Assembly: GCF_009914755.1 (NCBI RefSeq)
Contig: NC_060947.1
DNA length: 64,000 bases
Direction: 5' to 3' (one strand)
DNA from: the human T2T-CHM13v2.0 reference genome, Homo sapiens
Part shown: piece by piece, positions 47,901 through 59,900 of the stretch
Layout: every line of letters starts with the position of its first letter
Position numbering within the stretch: the stretch's first letter is position 1
Notes under the pieces: generated by a model
Seen by the model: only the letters and a program-made list of their open reading frames with translations
The model's database searches: none
What the model was told of the DNA's origin: nothing
Made by a program: the position numbers and the translations under genes

Positions 47901-50900
47901 AGCAGTTTCTGAGAATGCTTCTATGTCGTTTTTAGGAGAAGATATTTCCTTTTCCAACACAATCCTCCAAGCCCGCTAAATAGCCACTTGCACATTGTAG
48001 AAAAAGTGTGTCAAAGCTGCGCTATCAAAGGGAAAGTTCAACTCTGTGAGGTGAATGCAAACATCCCAAAGAAGTTTCTGAGAATGCTTCCGTTTAGCTT
48101 TTAGGTGAAGATTATCCCGTTTCCAACGAAACCTTCAAAGAGGTCCAAATATCCCCTTGCGGATCCCACAGAAAGAGTGTTTCGAAACTGCTGTTTCAAA
48201 AGGAATCTTCAACTCTGTGAGTTGAATGCAATCATCACAAAGAAGTTTCTGACAATGCTTCTCTCTCGTCTTTCTGTGAAGATAAAGGAAAAGGCTTTCA
48301 GGCCTTTTCCACCACAGGCCTGAAAGCGCTCCAAATGTCCACTTGCAGATTCTGCCAAAAGAATATTTCAAAACTGCTCTATGAAAAGCAATGTTAAACT
48401 CTGTGGCTGGAACACAAACATCACAAAGCGGTTTCTGAGAATGTTTCAGTTTAGTTTTTCTGTGGAAATATTCCCGTTTCCAAAGAAATCTTCAAAGAGG
48501 TCCACGTATCCACTTACAGATTCTACAAAAAGACAGTTTCAAAACTGCTCCATCAAAAGGAGGGTTCAACTGTGTGACTTGAATGCAATCATCACTCAGA
48601 AGTTTCTGAGAATGCTTCTCTTTAGTTTTTACGTGAACATATACCCGTTTCGAACGAAGGCCACCCAGTGGTCCAAATATCCACTTGCAGATTATACAGA
48701 AAGAGTGTTTCGAACCTGAACTCTCAAAGGCAGGTTCATCTCTGCGAGTTAAATGCATTCATCATGAAGAACTTTCTCAGAGTGTTTGTGTTTAGTTATG
48801 GGAAATTATTACCGTTTCCAACGAAATCCTCAGAGAGCTCCAAATATCCACCTGCAGATTCTACCAAAAGTGTATTTGGAAACTGCTCCATCAAAAGGCA
48901 TGTTCAGCTCTGTGAGTGAAACTCCATCATCACAAAGAATATTCTGAGAATGCTTCTGTTTGCCTTTTATATGAAGTTCCTTCCTGTACTACCGTAGGCC
49001 TCAAAGCAGTCCAAATCTCCATTTGCAGATTCTACAAAAAGAGTGATTCCAATCTGCTCTATCAATAGGATTGTTCAACTCCATGAGTTGAATGCCATCC
49101 TCACAAAGTAGTTTCTGAGAATGCTTCTATCTGGTTTTTGTGTGAAGATATTTCCTTTTCCACCACAGGCCTCAAAGCCCTCCAAACGTCCACTTGCAGA
49201 TTCTCGAAAAAGAGTGTTTCATAGCTGCTCTTTCAAAAGGAAAGTTCAACTCTGGGAGTTGAATGCAAACATCACAAAATAGTTTCCGAGAATGCTTCTG
49301 TTTAGTTTTTATGTGAAGATGATCCCGTTTCCAGTGAAATCTTCAAAGAGGTCCACATATCCCCTTGCAGATTCCAAAGAAAGAGGGTTTAAAAACTGCT
49401 CCATCAGAAGGATTGTTCAACTCTGTGAGTTGAATGCAGTCATCGCAGAAAACTTTCTGAGAATGCTTCTGTCTAGGTTTGATGTGAAGATATAGACGTT
49501 TCAAACGAAGGCTACAAAGTGGTCAAAATATACACTTGCAGATTCTACTACAAGGGTGTTGCAAACCTGAACTATCAAAGGAAGGTTCAACTCTGTGAGT
49601 TGAATACAAACATCACAAAGAATGTTCTGAGTTTGCTTCCGTTCAGTTATGGGAAGTTGATCCCGTTTCCAACGAAATCCTCAGAGAGGTCCAAATATCC
49701 CCTCGCAGATTCTACAAAACGTGTGTTTGGAAACTGCTCCATCATAACGAATGTTCAGCTCCCTGAGTTAAACTCCATCGTCACAAAGAATTTTCTGAGA
49801 GTGCTACCGTCTGGTTTTTATATGAAGTTCTTTCCTTCACTACCACAGGCCTCAAAGCGGTCCAAATCTCCACTTGCAGATTCTACAAAAAGAGTGTTTG
49901 CAAACTGCTCTATCAAAAGGAATGTTCAACTCTGGGAGTTGAATGCAATCATCACAGAGCAGTTTCTGAGAATGCTTCTATGTCGTTTTTAGGAGAAGAT
50001 ATTTCCTTTTCCAACACAGTCCTCCAAGCCCGCTAAATAGCCACTTGCACATTGTAGAAAAAGTGTGTCAAAGCTGCGCTATCAAAGGGAAAGTTCAACT
50101 CTGTGAGGTGAATGCAAACATCCCAAAGAAGTTTCTGAGAATGCTTCCGTTTAGCTTTTAGGTGAAGATTATCCCGTTTCCAACGAAACCTTCAAAGAGG
50201 TCCAAATATCCCCTTGCGGATCCCACAGAAAGAGTGTTTCGAAACTGCTGTTTCAAAAGGAATCTTCAACTCTGTGAGTTGAATGCAATCATCACAAAGA
50301 AGTTTCTGACAATGCTTCTCTCTCGTCTTTCTGTGAAGATAAAGGAAAAGGCTTTCAGGCCTTTGCCACCACAGGCCTGAAAGCGTTCCAAATGTCCACT
50401 TGCAGATTCTGCCAAAAGAATATTTCAAAACTGCTCTATGAAAAGCAATGTTAAACTCTGCGGCTCGAACACAAACCTCACAAAGCGGTTTCTGAGAATG
50501 CTTCAGTTTAGTTTTTCTGTGGAAATATTCCCGTTTCCAAAGAAATCTTCAAAGAGGTCCACGTATCCACTTACAGATTCTACAAAAAGACAGTTTCAAA
50601 ACTGCTCCATCAAAAGGAGGGTTCAACTGTGTGACTTGAATGCAATCATCACTCAGAAGTTTCTGAGAATGCTTCTCTTTAGTTTTTACGTGAACATATA
50701 CCCGTTTCGAACGAAGGCCACCCAGTGGTCCAAATATCCACTTGCAGATTATACAGAAAGAGTGTTTCGAACCTGAACTCTCAAAGGCAGGTTCATCTCT
50801 GCGAGTTAAATGCATTCATCATGAAGAACTTTCTCAGAGTGTTTGTGTTTAGTTATGGGAAATTATTCCCGTTTCCAACGAAATCCTCAGAGAGCTCCAA

Positions 50901-53900
50901 ATATCCACCTGCAGATTCTACCAAAAGTGTATTTGGAAACTGCTCCATCAAAAGGCATGTTCAGCTCTGTGAGTGAAACTCCATCATCACAAAGAATATT
51001 CTGAGAATGCTTCCGTTTGCCTTTTATATGAAGTTCCTTCCTGTACTACCGTAGGCCTCAAAGCAGTCCAAATCTCCATTTGCAGATTCTACAAAAAGAG
51101 TGATTCCAATCTGCTCTATCAATAGGATTGTTCAACTCCATGAGTTGAATGCCATCCTCACAAAGTCGTTTCTGAGAATGCTTCTATCTGGTTTTTGTGT
51201 GAAGATATTTCCTTTTCCACCACAGGCCTCAAAGCCCTCCAAACGTCCACTTGCAGATTCTCGAAAAAGAGTGTTTCATAGCTGCTCTTTCAAAAGGAAA
51301 GTTCAACTCTGGGAGGTGAATACAAACATCACAAAGTAGTTTCCGAGAATGCTTCTGTTTAGTTTTTATGTGAAGATGATCCCGTTTCCAGTGAAATCTT
51401 CAAAGAGGTCCACATATCCCCTTGCAGATTCCAAAGAAAGAGGGTTTAAAAACTGCTCCATCAGAAGGATTGTTCAACTCTGTGAGTTGAATGCAGTCAT
51501 CGCAGAAAACTTTCTGAGAATGCTTCTGTCTAGGTTTGATGTGAAGATATAGACGTTTCAAACGAAGGCTACAAAGTGGTCAAAATATACACTTGCAGAT
51601 TCTACTACAAGGGTGTTGCAAACCTGAACTATCAAAGGAAGGTTCAACTCTGTGAGTTGAATACAAACATCACAAAGAATGTTCTGAGTTTGCTTCCGTT
51701 CAGTTATGGGAAGTTGATCCCGTTTCCAACGAAATCCTCAGAGAGGTCCAAATATCCCCTCGCAGATTCTACAAAACGTGTGTTTGGAAACTGCTCCATC
51801 ATAACGAATGTTCAGCTCCCTGAGTTAAACTCCATCGTCACAAAGAATTTTCTGAGAGTGCTACCGTCTGGTTTTTATATGAAGTTCTTTCCTTCACTAC
51901 GACAGGCCTCAAAGCGGTCCAAATCTCCACTTGCAGATTCTACAAAAAGAGTGTTTGCAAACTGCTCTATCAAAAGGAATGTTCAACTCTGGGAGTTGAA
52001 TGCAATCATCACAGAGCAGTTTCTGAGAATGCTTCTATGTCGTTTTTAGGAGAAGATATTTCCTTTTCCAACACAGTCCTCCAAGCCCGCTAAATAGCCA
52101 CTTGCACATTGTAGAAAAAGTGTGTCAAAGCTGCGCTATCAAAGGGAAAGTTCAACTCTGTGAGGTGAATGCAAACATCCCAAAGAAGTTTCTGAGAATG
52201 CTTCCGTTTAGCTTTTAGGTGAAGATTATCCCGTTTCCAACGAAACCTTCAAAGAGGTCCAAATATCCCCTTGCGGATCCCACAGAAAGAGTGTTTCAAA
52301 ACTGCTGTTTCAAAAGGAATCTTCAACTCTGTGAGTTGAATGCAATCATCACAAAGAAGTTTCTGACAATGCTTCTCTCTCGTCTTTCTGTGAAGATAAA
52401 GGAAAAGGCTTTCAGGCCTTTTCCACCACAGGCCTGAAAGCGCTCCAAATGTCCACTTGCAGATTCTGCGAAAAGAATATTTCAAAACTGCTCTATGAAA
52501 AGCAATGTTAAACTCTGTGGCTGGAACACAAACATCACAAAGCGGTTTCTGAGAATGTTTCAGTTTAGTTTTTCTGTGGAAATATTCCCGTTTCCAAAGA
52601 AATCTTCAAAGAGGTCCACGTATCCACTTACAGATTCTACAAAAAGACAGTTTCAAAACTGCTCCATCAAAAGGAGGGTTCAACTGTGTGACTTGAATGC
52701 AATCATCACTCAGAAGTTTCTGAGAATGCTTCTCTTTAGTTTTTACGTGAACATATACCCGTTTCGAACGAAGGCCACCCAGTGGTCCAAATATCCACTT
52801 GCAGATTATACAGAAAGAGTGTTTCGAACCTGAACTCTCAAAGGCAGGTTCATCTCTGCGAGTTAAATGCATTCATCATGAAGAACTTTCTCAGAGTGTT
52901 TGTGCTTAGTTATGGGAAATTATTCCCGTTTCCAACGAAATCCTCAGAGTGGTCCAAATATCCACCTGCAGATTCTACCAAAAGTGTATTTGGAAACTGC
53001 TCCATCAAAAGGCATGTTCAGCTCTGTGAGTGAAACTCCATCATCACAAAGAATATTCTGAGAATGCTTCCGTTTGCCTTTTATCTGAAGTTCCTTCCTA
53101 TACGACCGTAGGCCTCAAAGCAGTCCAAATCTCCATTTGCAGATTCTACAAAAAGAGTGATTCCAATCTGCTCTATCAATAGGATTGTTCAACTCCATGA
53201 GTTGAATGCCATCCTCACAAAGTCGTTTCTGAGAATGCTTCTATCTAGTTTTTATGTGAAGATATTTCCTTTTCCACCACAGGCCTCAAAGCCCTCCAAA
53301 CGTCCACTTGCAGATTCTCGAAAAAGAGTGTTTTATAGCTGCTCTTTCAAAAGGAAAGTTCAACTCTGGGAGTTGAATACAAACATCACAAAGTAGTTTC
53401 CGAGAATGCTTCTGTTTAGTTTTTATGTGAAGATGATCCCGTTTCCAGTGAAATCTTCAAAGAGGTCCACATATCCCCTTGCAGATTCCAAAGAAAGAGG
53501 GTTTCAAAACTGCTCCATCAGAAGGATTGTTCAACTCTGTGAGTTGAATGCAGTCATCGCAGAAAACTTTCTGAGAATGCTTCTGTCTAGGTTTGATGTG
53601 AAGATATAGATGTTTCAAACGAAGGCTACAAAGTGGTCAAAATATACACTTGCAGATTCTACTACAAGGGTGTTGCAAACCTGAACTATCAAAGGAAGGT
53701 TCAACTCTGTGAGTTGAATACAAACATCACAAAGAATGTTCTGAGTTTGCTTCCGTTCAGTTATGGGAAGTTGATCCCGTTTCCAACGAAATCCTCAGAG
53801 AGGTCCAAATATCCCCTCGCAGATTCTACAAAACGTGTGTTTGGAAACTGCTCCATCATAACGAATGTTCAGCTCCCTGAGTTAAACTCCATCGTCACAA

Positions 53901-56900
53901 AGAATTTTCTGAGAGTGCTACCGTCTGGTTTTTATATGAAGTTCTTTCCTTCACTACCACAGGCCTCAAAGCGGTCCAAATCTCCACTTGCAGATTCTAC
54001 AAAAAGAGTGTTTGCAAACTGCTCTATCAAAAGGAATGTTCAACTCTGGGAGTTGAATGCAATCATCACAGAGCAGTTTCTGAGAATGCTTCTATGTCGT
54101 TTTTAGGAGAAGATATTTCCTTTTCCAACACAGTCCTCCAAGCCCGCTAAATAGCCACTTGCACATTGTAGAAAAAGTGTGTCAAAGCTGCGCTATCAAA
54201 GGGAAAGTTCAACTCTGTGAGGTGAATGCAAACATCCCAAAGAAGTTTCTGAGAATGCTTCCGTTTAGCTTTTAGGTGAGGATTATCCCGTTTCCAACGA
54301 AACCTTCAAAGAGGTCCAAATATCCCCTTGCGGATCCCACAGAAAGAGTGTTTCGAAACTGCTGTTTCAAAAGGAATCTTCAACTCTGTGAGTTGAATGC
54401 AATCATCACAAAGAAGTTTCTGACAATGCTTCTCTCTCGTCTTTCTGTGAAGATAAAGGAAAAGGCTTTCAGGCCTTTTCCACCACAGGCCTGAAAGCGC
54501 TCCAAATGTCCACTTGCAGATTCTGCGAAAAGAATATTTCAAAACTGCTCTATGAAAAGCAATGTTAAACTCTGCGGCTCGAACACAAACATCACAAAGC
54601 AGTTTCTGAGAATGCTTCAGTTTAGTTTTTCTGTGGAAATATTCCCGTTTCCAAAGAAATCTTCAAAGAGGTCCACGTATCCACTTACAGATTCTACAAA
54701 AAGACAGTTTCAAAACTGCTCCATCAAAAGGAGGGTTCAACTGTGTGACTTGAATGCAATCATCACTCAGAAGTTTCTGAGAATGCTTCTCTTTAGTTTT
54801 TACGTGAACATATACCCGTTTCGAACGAAGGCCACCCAGTGGTCCAAATATCCACTTGCAGATTCTACAGAAAGAGTGTTTCGAACCTGAACTCTCAAAG
54901 GCAGGTTCATCTCTGCGAGTTAAATGCATTCATCATGAAGAACTTTCTCAGAGTGTTTGTGTTTAGTTATGGGAAATTATTCCCGTTTCCAACGAAATCC
55001 TCAGAGAGCTCCAAATATCCACCTGCAGATTCTACCAAAAGTGTATTTGGAAACTGCTCCATCAAAAGGCATGTTCAGCTCTGTGAGTGAAACTCCATCA
55101 TCACAAAGAATATTCTGAGAATGCTTCCGTTTGCCTTTTATATGAAGTTCCTTCCTGTACTACCGTAGGCCTCAAAGCAGTCCAAATCTCCATTTGCAGA
55201 TTCTACAAAAAGAGTGATTCCAATCTGCTCTATCAATAGGATTGTTCAACTCCATGAGTTGAATGCCATCCTCACAAAGTCGTTTCTGAGAATGCTTCTA
55301 TCTGGTTTTTGTGTGAAGATATTTCCTTTTCCACCACAGGCCTCAAAGCCCTCCAAACGTCCACTTGCAGATTCTCGAAAAAGAGTGTTTCATAGCTGCT
55401 CTTTCAAAAGGAAAGTTCAACTCTGGGAGGTGAATACAAACATCACAAAGTAGTTTCCGAGAATGCTTCTGTTTAGTTTTTATGTGAAGATGATCCCGTT
55501 TCCAGTGAAATCTTCAAAGAGGTCCACATATCCCCTTGCAGATTCCAAAGAAAGAGGGTTTAAAAACTGCTCCATCAGAAGGATTGTTCAACTCTGTGAG
55601 TTGAATGCAGTCATCGCAGAAAACTTTCTGAGAATGCTTCTGTCTAGGTTTGATGTGAAGATATAGACGTTTCAAACGAAGGCTACAAAGTGGTCAAAAT
55701 ATACACTTGCAGATTCTACTACAAGGGTGTTGCAAACCTGAACTATCAAAGGAAGGTTCAACTCTGTGAGTTGAATACAAACATCACAAAGAATGTTCTG
55801 AGTTTGCTTCCGTTCAGTTATGGGAAGTTGATCCCGTTTCCAACGAAATCCTCAGAGAGGTCCAAATATCCCCTCGCAGATTCTACAAAACGTGTGTTTG
55901 GAAACTGCTCCATCATAACGAATGTTCAGCTCCCTGAGTTAAACTCCATCGTCACAAAGAATTTTCTGAGAGTGCTACCGTCTGGTTTTTATATGAAGTT
56001 CTTTCCTTCACTACGACAGGCCTCAAAGCGGTCCAAATCTCCACTTGCAGATTCTACAAAAAGAGTGTTTGCAAACTGCTCTATCAAAAGGAATGTTCAA
56101 CTCTGGGAGTTGAATGCAATCATCACAGAGCAGTTTCTGAGAATGCTTCTATGTCGTTTTTAGGAGAAGATATTTCCTTTTCCAACACAGTCCTCCAAGC
56201 CCGCTAAATAGCCACTTGCACATTGTAGAAAAAGTGTGTCAAAGCTGCGCTATCAAAGGGAAAGTTCAACTCTGTGAGGTGAATGCAAACATCCCAAAGA
56301 AGTTTCTGAGAATGCTTCCGTTTAGCTTTTAGGTGAAGATTATCCCGTTTCCAACGAAACCTTCAAAGAGGTCCAAATATCCCCTTGCGGATCCCACAGA
56401 TAGAGTGTTTCAAAACTGCTGTTTCAAAAGGAATCTTCAACTCTGTGAGTTGAATGCAATCATCACAAAGAAGTTTCTGACAATGCTTCTCTCTCGTCTT
56501 TCTGTGAAGATAAAGGAAAAGGCTTTCAGGCCTTTTCCACCACAGGCCTGAAAGCGCTCCAAATGTCCACTTGCAGATTCTGCGAAAAGAATATTTCAAA
56601 ACTGCTCTATGAAAAGCAATGTTAAACTCTGTGGCTGGAACACAAACATCACAAAGCGGTTTCTGAGAATGTTTCAGTTTAGTTTTTCTGTGGAAATATT
56701 CCCGTTTCCAAAGAAATCTTCAAAGAGGTCCACGTATCCACTTACAGATTCTACAAAAAGACAGTTTCAAAACTGCTCCATCAAAAGGAGGGTTCAACTG
56801 TGTGACTTGAATGCAATCATCACTCAGAAGTTTCTGAGAATGCTTCTCTTTAGTTTTTACGTGAACATATACCCGTTTCGAACGAAGGCCACCCAGTGGT

Positions 56901-59900
56901 CCAAATATCCACTTGCAGATTACACAGAAAGAGTGTTTCGAACCTGAACTCTCAAAGGCAGGTTCATCTCTGCGAGTTAAATGCATTCATCATGAAGAAC
57001 TTTCTCAGAGTGTTTGTGCTTAGTTATGGGAAATTATTCCCGTTTCCAACGAAATCCTCAGAGTGGTCCAAATATCCACCTGCAGATTCTACCAAAAGTG
57101 TATTTGGAAACTGCTCCATCAAAAGGCATGTTCAGCTCTGTGAGTGAAACTCCATCATCACAAAGAATATTCTGAGAATGCTTCCGTTTGCCTTTTATCT
57201 GAAGTTCCTTCCTATACGACCGTAGGCCTCAAAGCAGTCCAAATCTCCATTTGCAGATTCTACAAAAAGAGTGATTCCAATCTGCTCTATCAATAGGATT
57301 GTTCAACTCCATGAGTTGAATGCCATCCTCACAAAGTCGTTTCTGAGAATGCTTCTATCTAGTTTTTATGTGAAGATATTTCCTTTTCCACCACAGGCCT
57401 CAAAGCCCTCCAAACGTCCACTTGCAGATTCTCGAAAAAGAGTGTTTTATAGCTGCTCTTTCAAAAGGAAAGTTCAACTCTGGGAGTTGAATACAAACAT
57501 CACAAAGTAGTTTCCGAGAATGCTTCTGTTTAGTTTTTATGTGAAGATGATCCCGTTTCCAGTGAAATCTTCAAAGAGGTCCACATATCCCCTTGCAGAT
57601 TCCAAAGAAAGAGGGTTTCAAAACTGCTCCATCAGAAGGATTGTTCAACTCTGTGAGTTGAATGCAGTCATCGCAGAAAACTTTCTGAGAATGCTTCTGT
57701 CTAGGTTTGATGTGAAGATATAGATGTTTCAAACGAAGGCTACAAAGTGGTCAAAATATACACTTGCAGATTCTACTACAAGGGTGTTGCAAACCTGAAC
57801 TATCAAAGGAAGGTTCAACTCTGTGAGTTGAATACAAACATCACAAAGAATGTTCTGAGTTTGCTTCCGTTCAGTTATGGGAAGTTGATCCCGTTTCCAA
57901 CGAAATCCTCAGAGAGGTCCAAATATCCCCTTGCAGATTCTACAAAACGTGTGTTTGGAAACTGCTCCATCATAACGAATGTTCAGCTCCCTGAGTTAAA
58001 CTCCATCGTCACAAAGAATTTTCTGAGAGTGCTACCGTCTGGTTTTTATATGAAGTTCTTTCCTTCACTACCACAGGCCTCAAAGCGGTCCAAATCTCCA
58101 CTTGCAGATTCTACAAAAAGAGTGTTTGCAAACTGCTCTATCAAAAGGAATGTTCAACTCTGGGAGTTGAATGCAATCATCACAGAGCAGTTTCTGAGAA
58201 TGCTTCTATGTCGTTTTTAGGAGAAGATATTTCCTTTTCCAACACAGTCCTCCAAGCCCGCTAAATAGCCACTTGCACATTGTAGAAAAAGTGTGTCAAA
58301 GCTGCGCTATCAAAGGGAAAGTTCAACTCTGTGAGGTGAATGCAAACATCCCAAAGAAGTTTCTGAGAATGCTTCCGTTTAGCTTTTAGGTGAGGATTAT
58401 CCCGTTTCCAACGAAACCTTCAAAGAGGTCCAAATATCCCCTTGCGGATCCCACAGAAAGAGTGTTTCGAAACTGCTGTTTCAAAAGGAATCTTCAACTC
58501 TGTGAGTTGAATGCAATCATCACAAAGAAGTTTCTGACAATGCTTCTCTCTCGTCTTTCTGTGAAGATAAAGGAAAAGGCTTTCAGGCCTTTTCCACCAC
58601 AGGCCTGAAAGCGCTCCAAATGTCCACTTGCAGATTCTGCGAAAAGAATATTTCAAAACTGCTCTATGAAAAGCAATGTTAAACTCTGTGGCTCGAACAC
58701 AAACATCACAAAGCAGTTTCTGAGAATGCTTCAGTTTAGTTTTTCTGTGGAAATATTCCCGTTTCCAAAGAAATCTTCAAAGAGGTCCACGTATCCACTT
58801 ACAGATTCTACAAAAAGACAGTTTCAAAACTGCTCCATCAAAAGGAGGGTTCAACTGTGTGACTTGAATGCAATCATCACTCAGAAGTTTCTGAGAATGC
58901 TTCTCTTTAGTTTTTACGTGAACATATACCCGTTTCGAACGAAGGCCACCCAGTGGTCCAAATATCCACTTGCAGATTCTACAGAAAGAGTGTTTCGAAC
59001 CTGAACTCTCAAAGGCAGGTTCATCTCTGCGAGTTAAATGCATTCATCATGAAGAACTTTCTCAGAGTATTTGTGTTTAGTTATGGGAAATTATTCCCGT
59101 TTCCAAAGAAATCCTCAGAGAGCTCCAAATATCCACCTGCAGATTCTACCAAAAGTGTATTTGGAAACTGCTCCATCAAAAGGCATGTTCAGCTCTGTGA
59201 GTGAAACTCCATCATCACAAAGAATATTCTGAGAATGCTTCCGTTTGCCTTTTATATGAAGTTCCTTCCTGTACTACCGTAGGCCTCAAAGCAGTCCAAA
59301 TCTCCATTTGCAGATTCTACAAAAAGAGTGATTCCAATCTGCTCTATCAATAGGATTGTTCAACTCCATGAGTTGAATGCCATCCTCACAAAGTCGTTTC
59401 TGAGAATGCTTCTATCTGGTTTTTGTGTGAAGATATTTCCTTTTCCACCACAGGCCTCAAAGCCCTCCAAACGTCCACTTGCAGATTCTCGAAAAAGAGT
59501 GTTTCATAGCTGCTCTTTCAAAAGGAAAGTTCAACTCTGGGAGTTGAATACAAACATCACAAAATAGTTTCCGAGAATGCTTCAGTTTAGTTTTTATGTG
59601 AAGATGATCCCGTTTCCAGTGAAATCTTCAAAGAGGTCCACATATCCCCTTGCAGATTCCAAAGAAAGAGGGTTTCAAAACTGCTCCATCAGAAGGATTG
59701 TTCAACTCTGTGAGTTGAATGCAGTCATCGCAGAAAACTTTCTGAGAATGCTTCTGTCTAGGTTTGATGTGAAGATATAGATGTTTCAAACGAAGGCTAC
59801 AAAGTGGTCAAAATATACACTTGCAGATTCTACTACAAGGGTGTTGCAAACCTGAACTATCAAAGGAAGGTTCAACTCTGTGAGTTGAATACAAACATCA

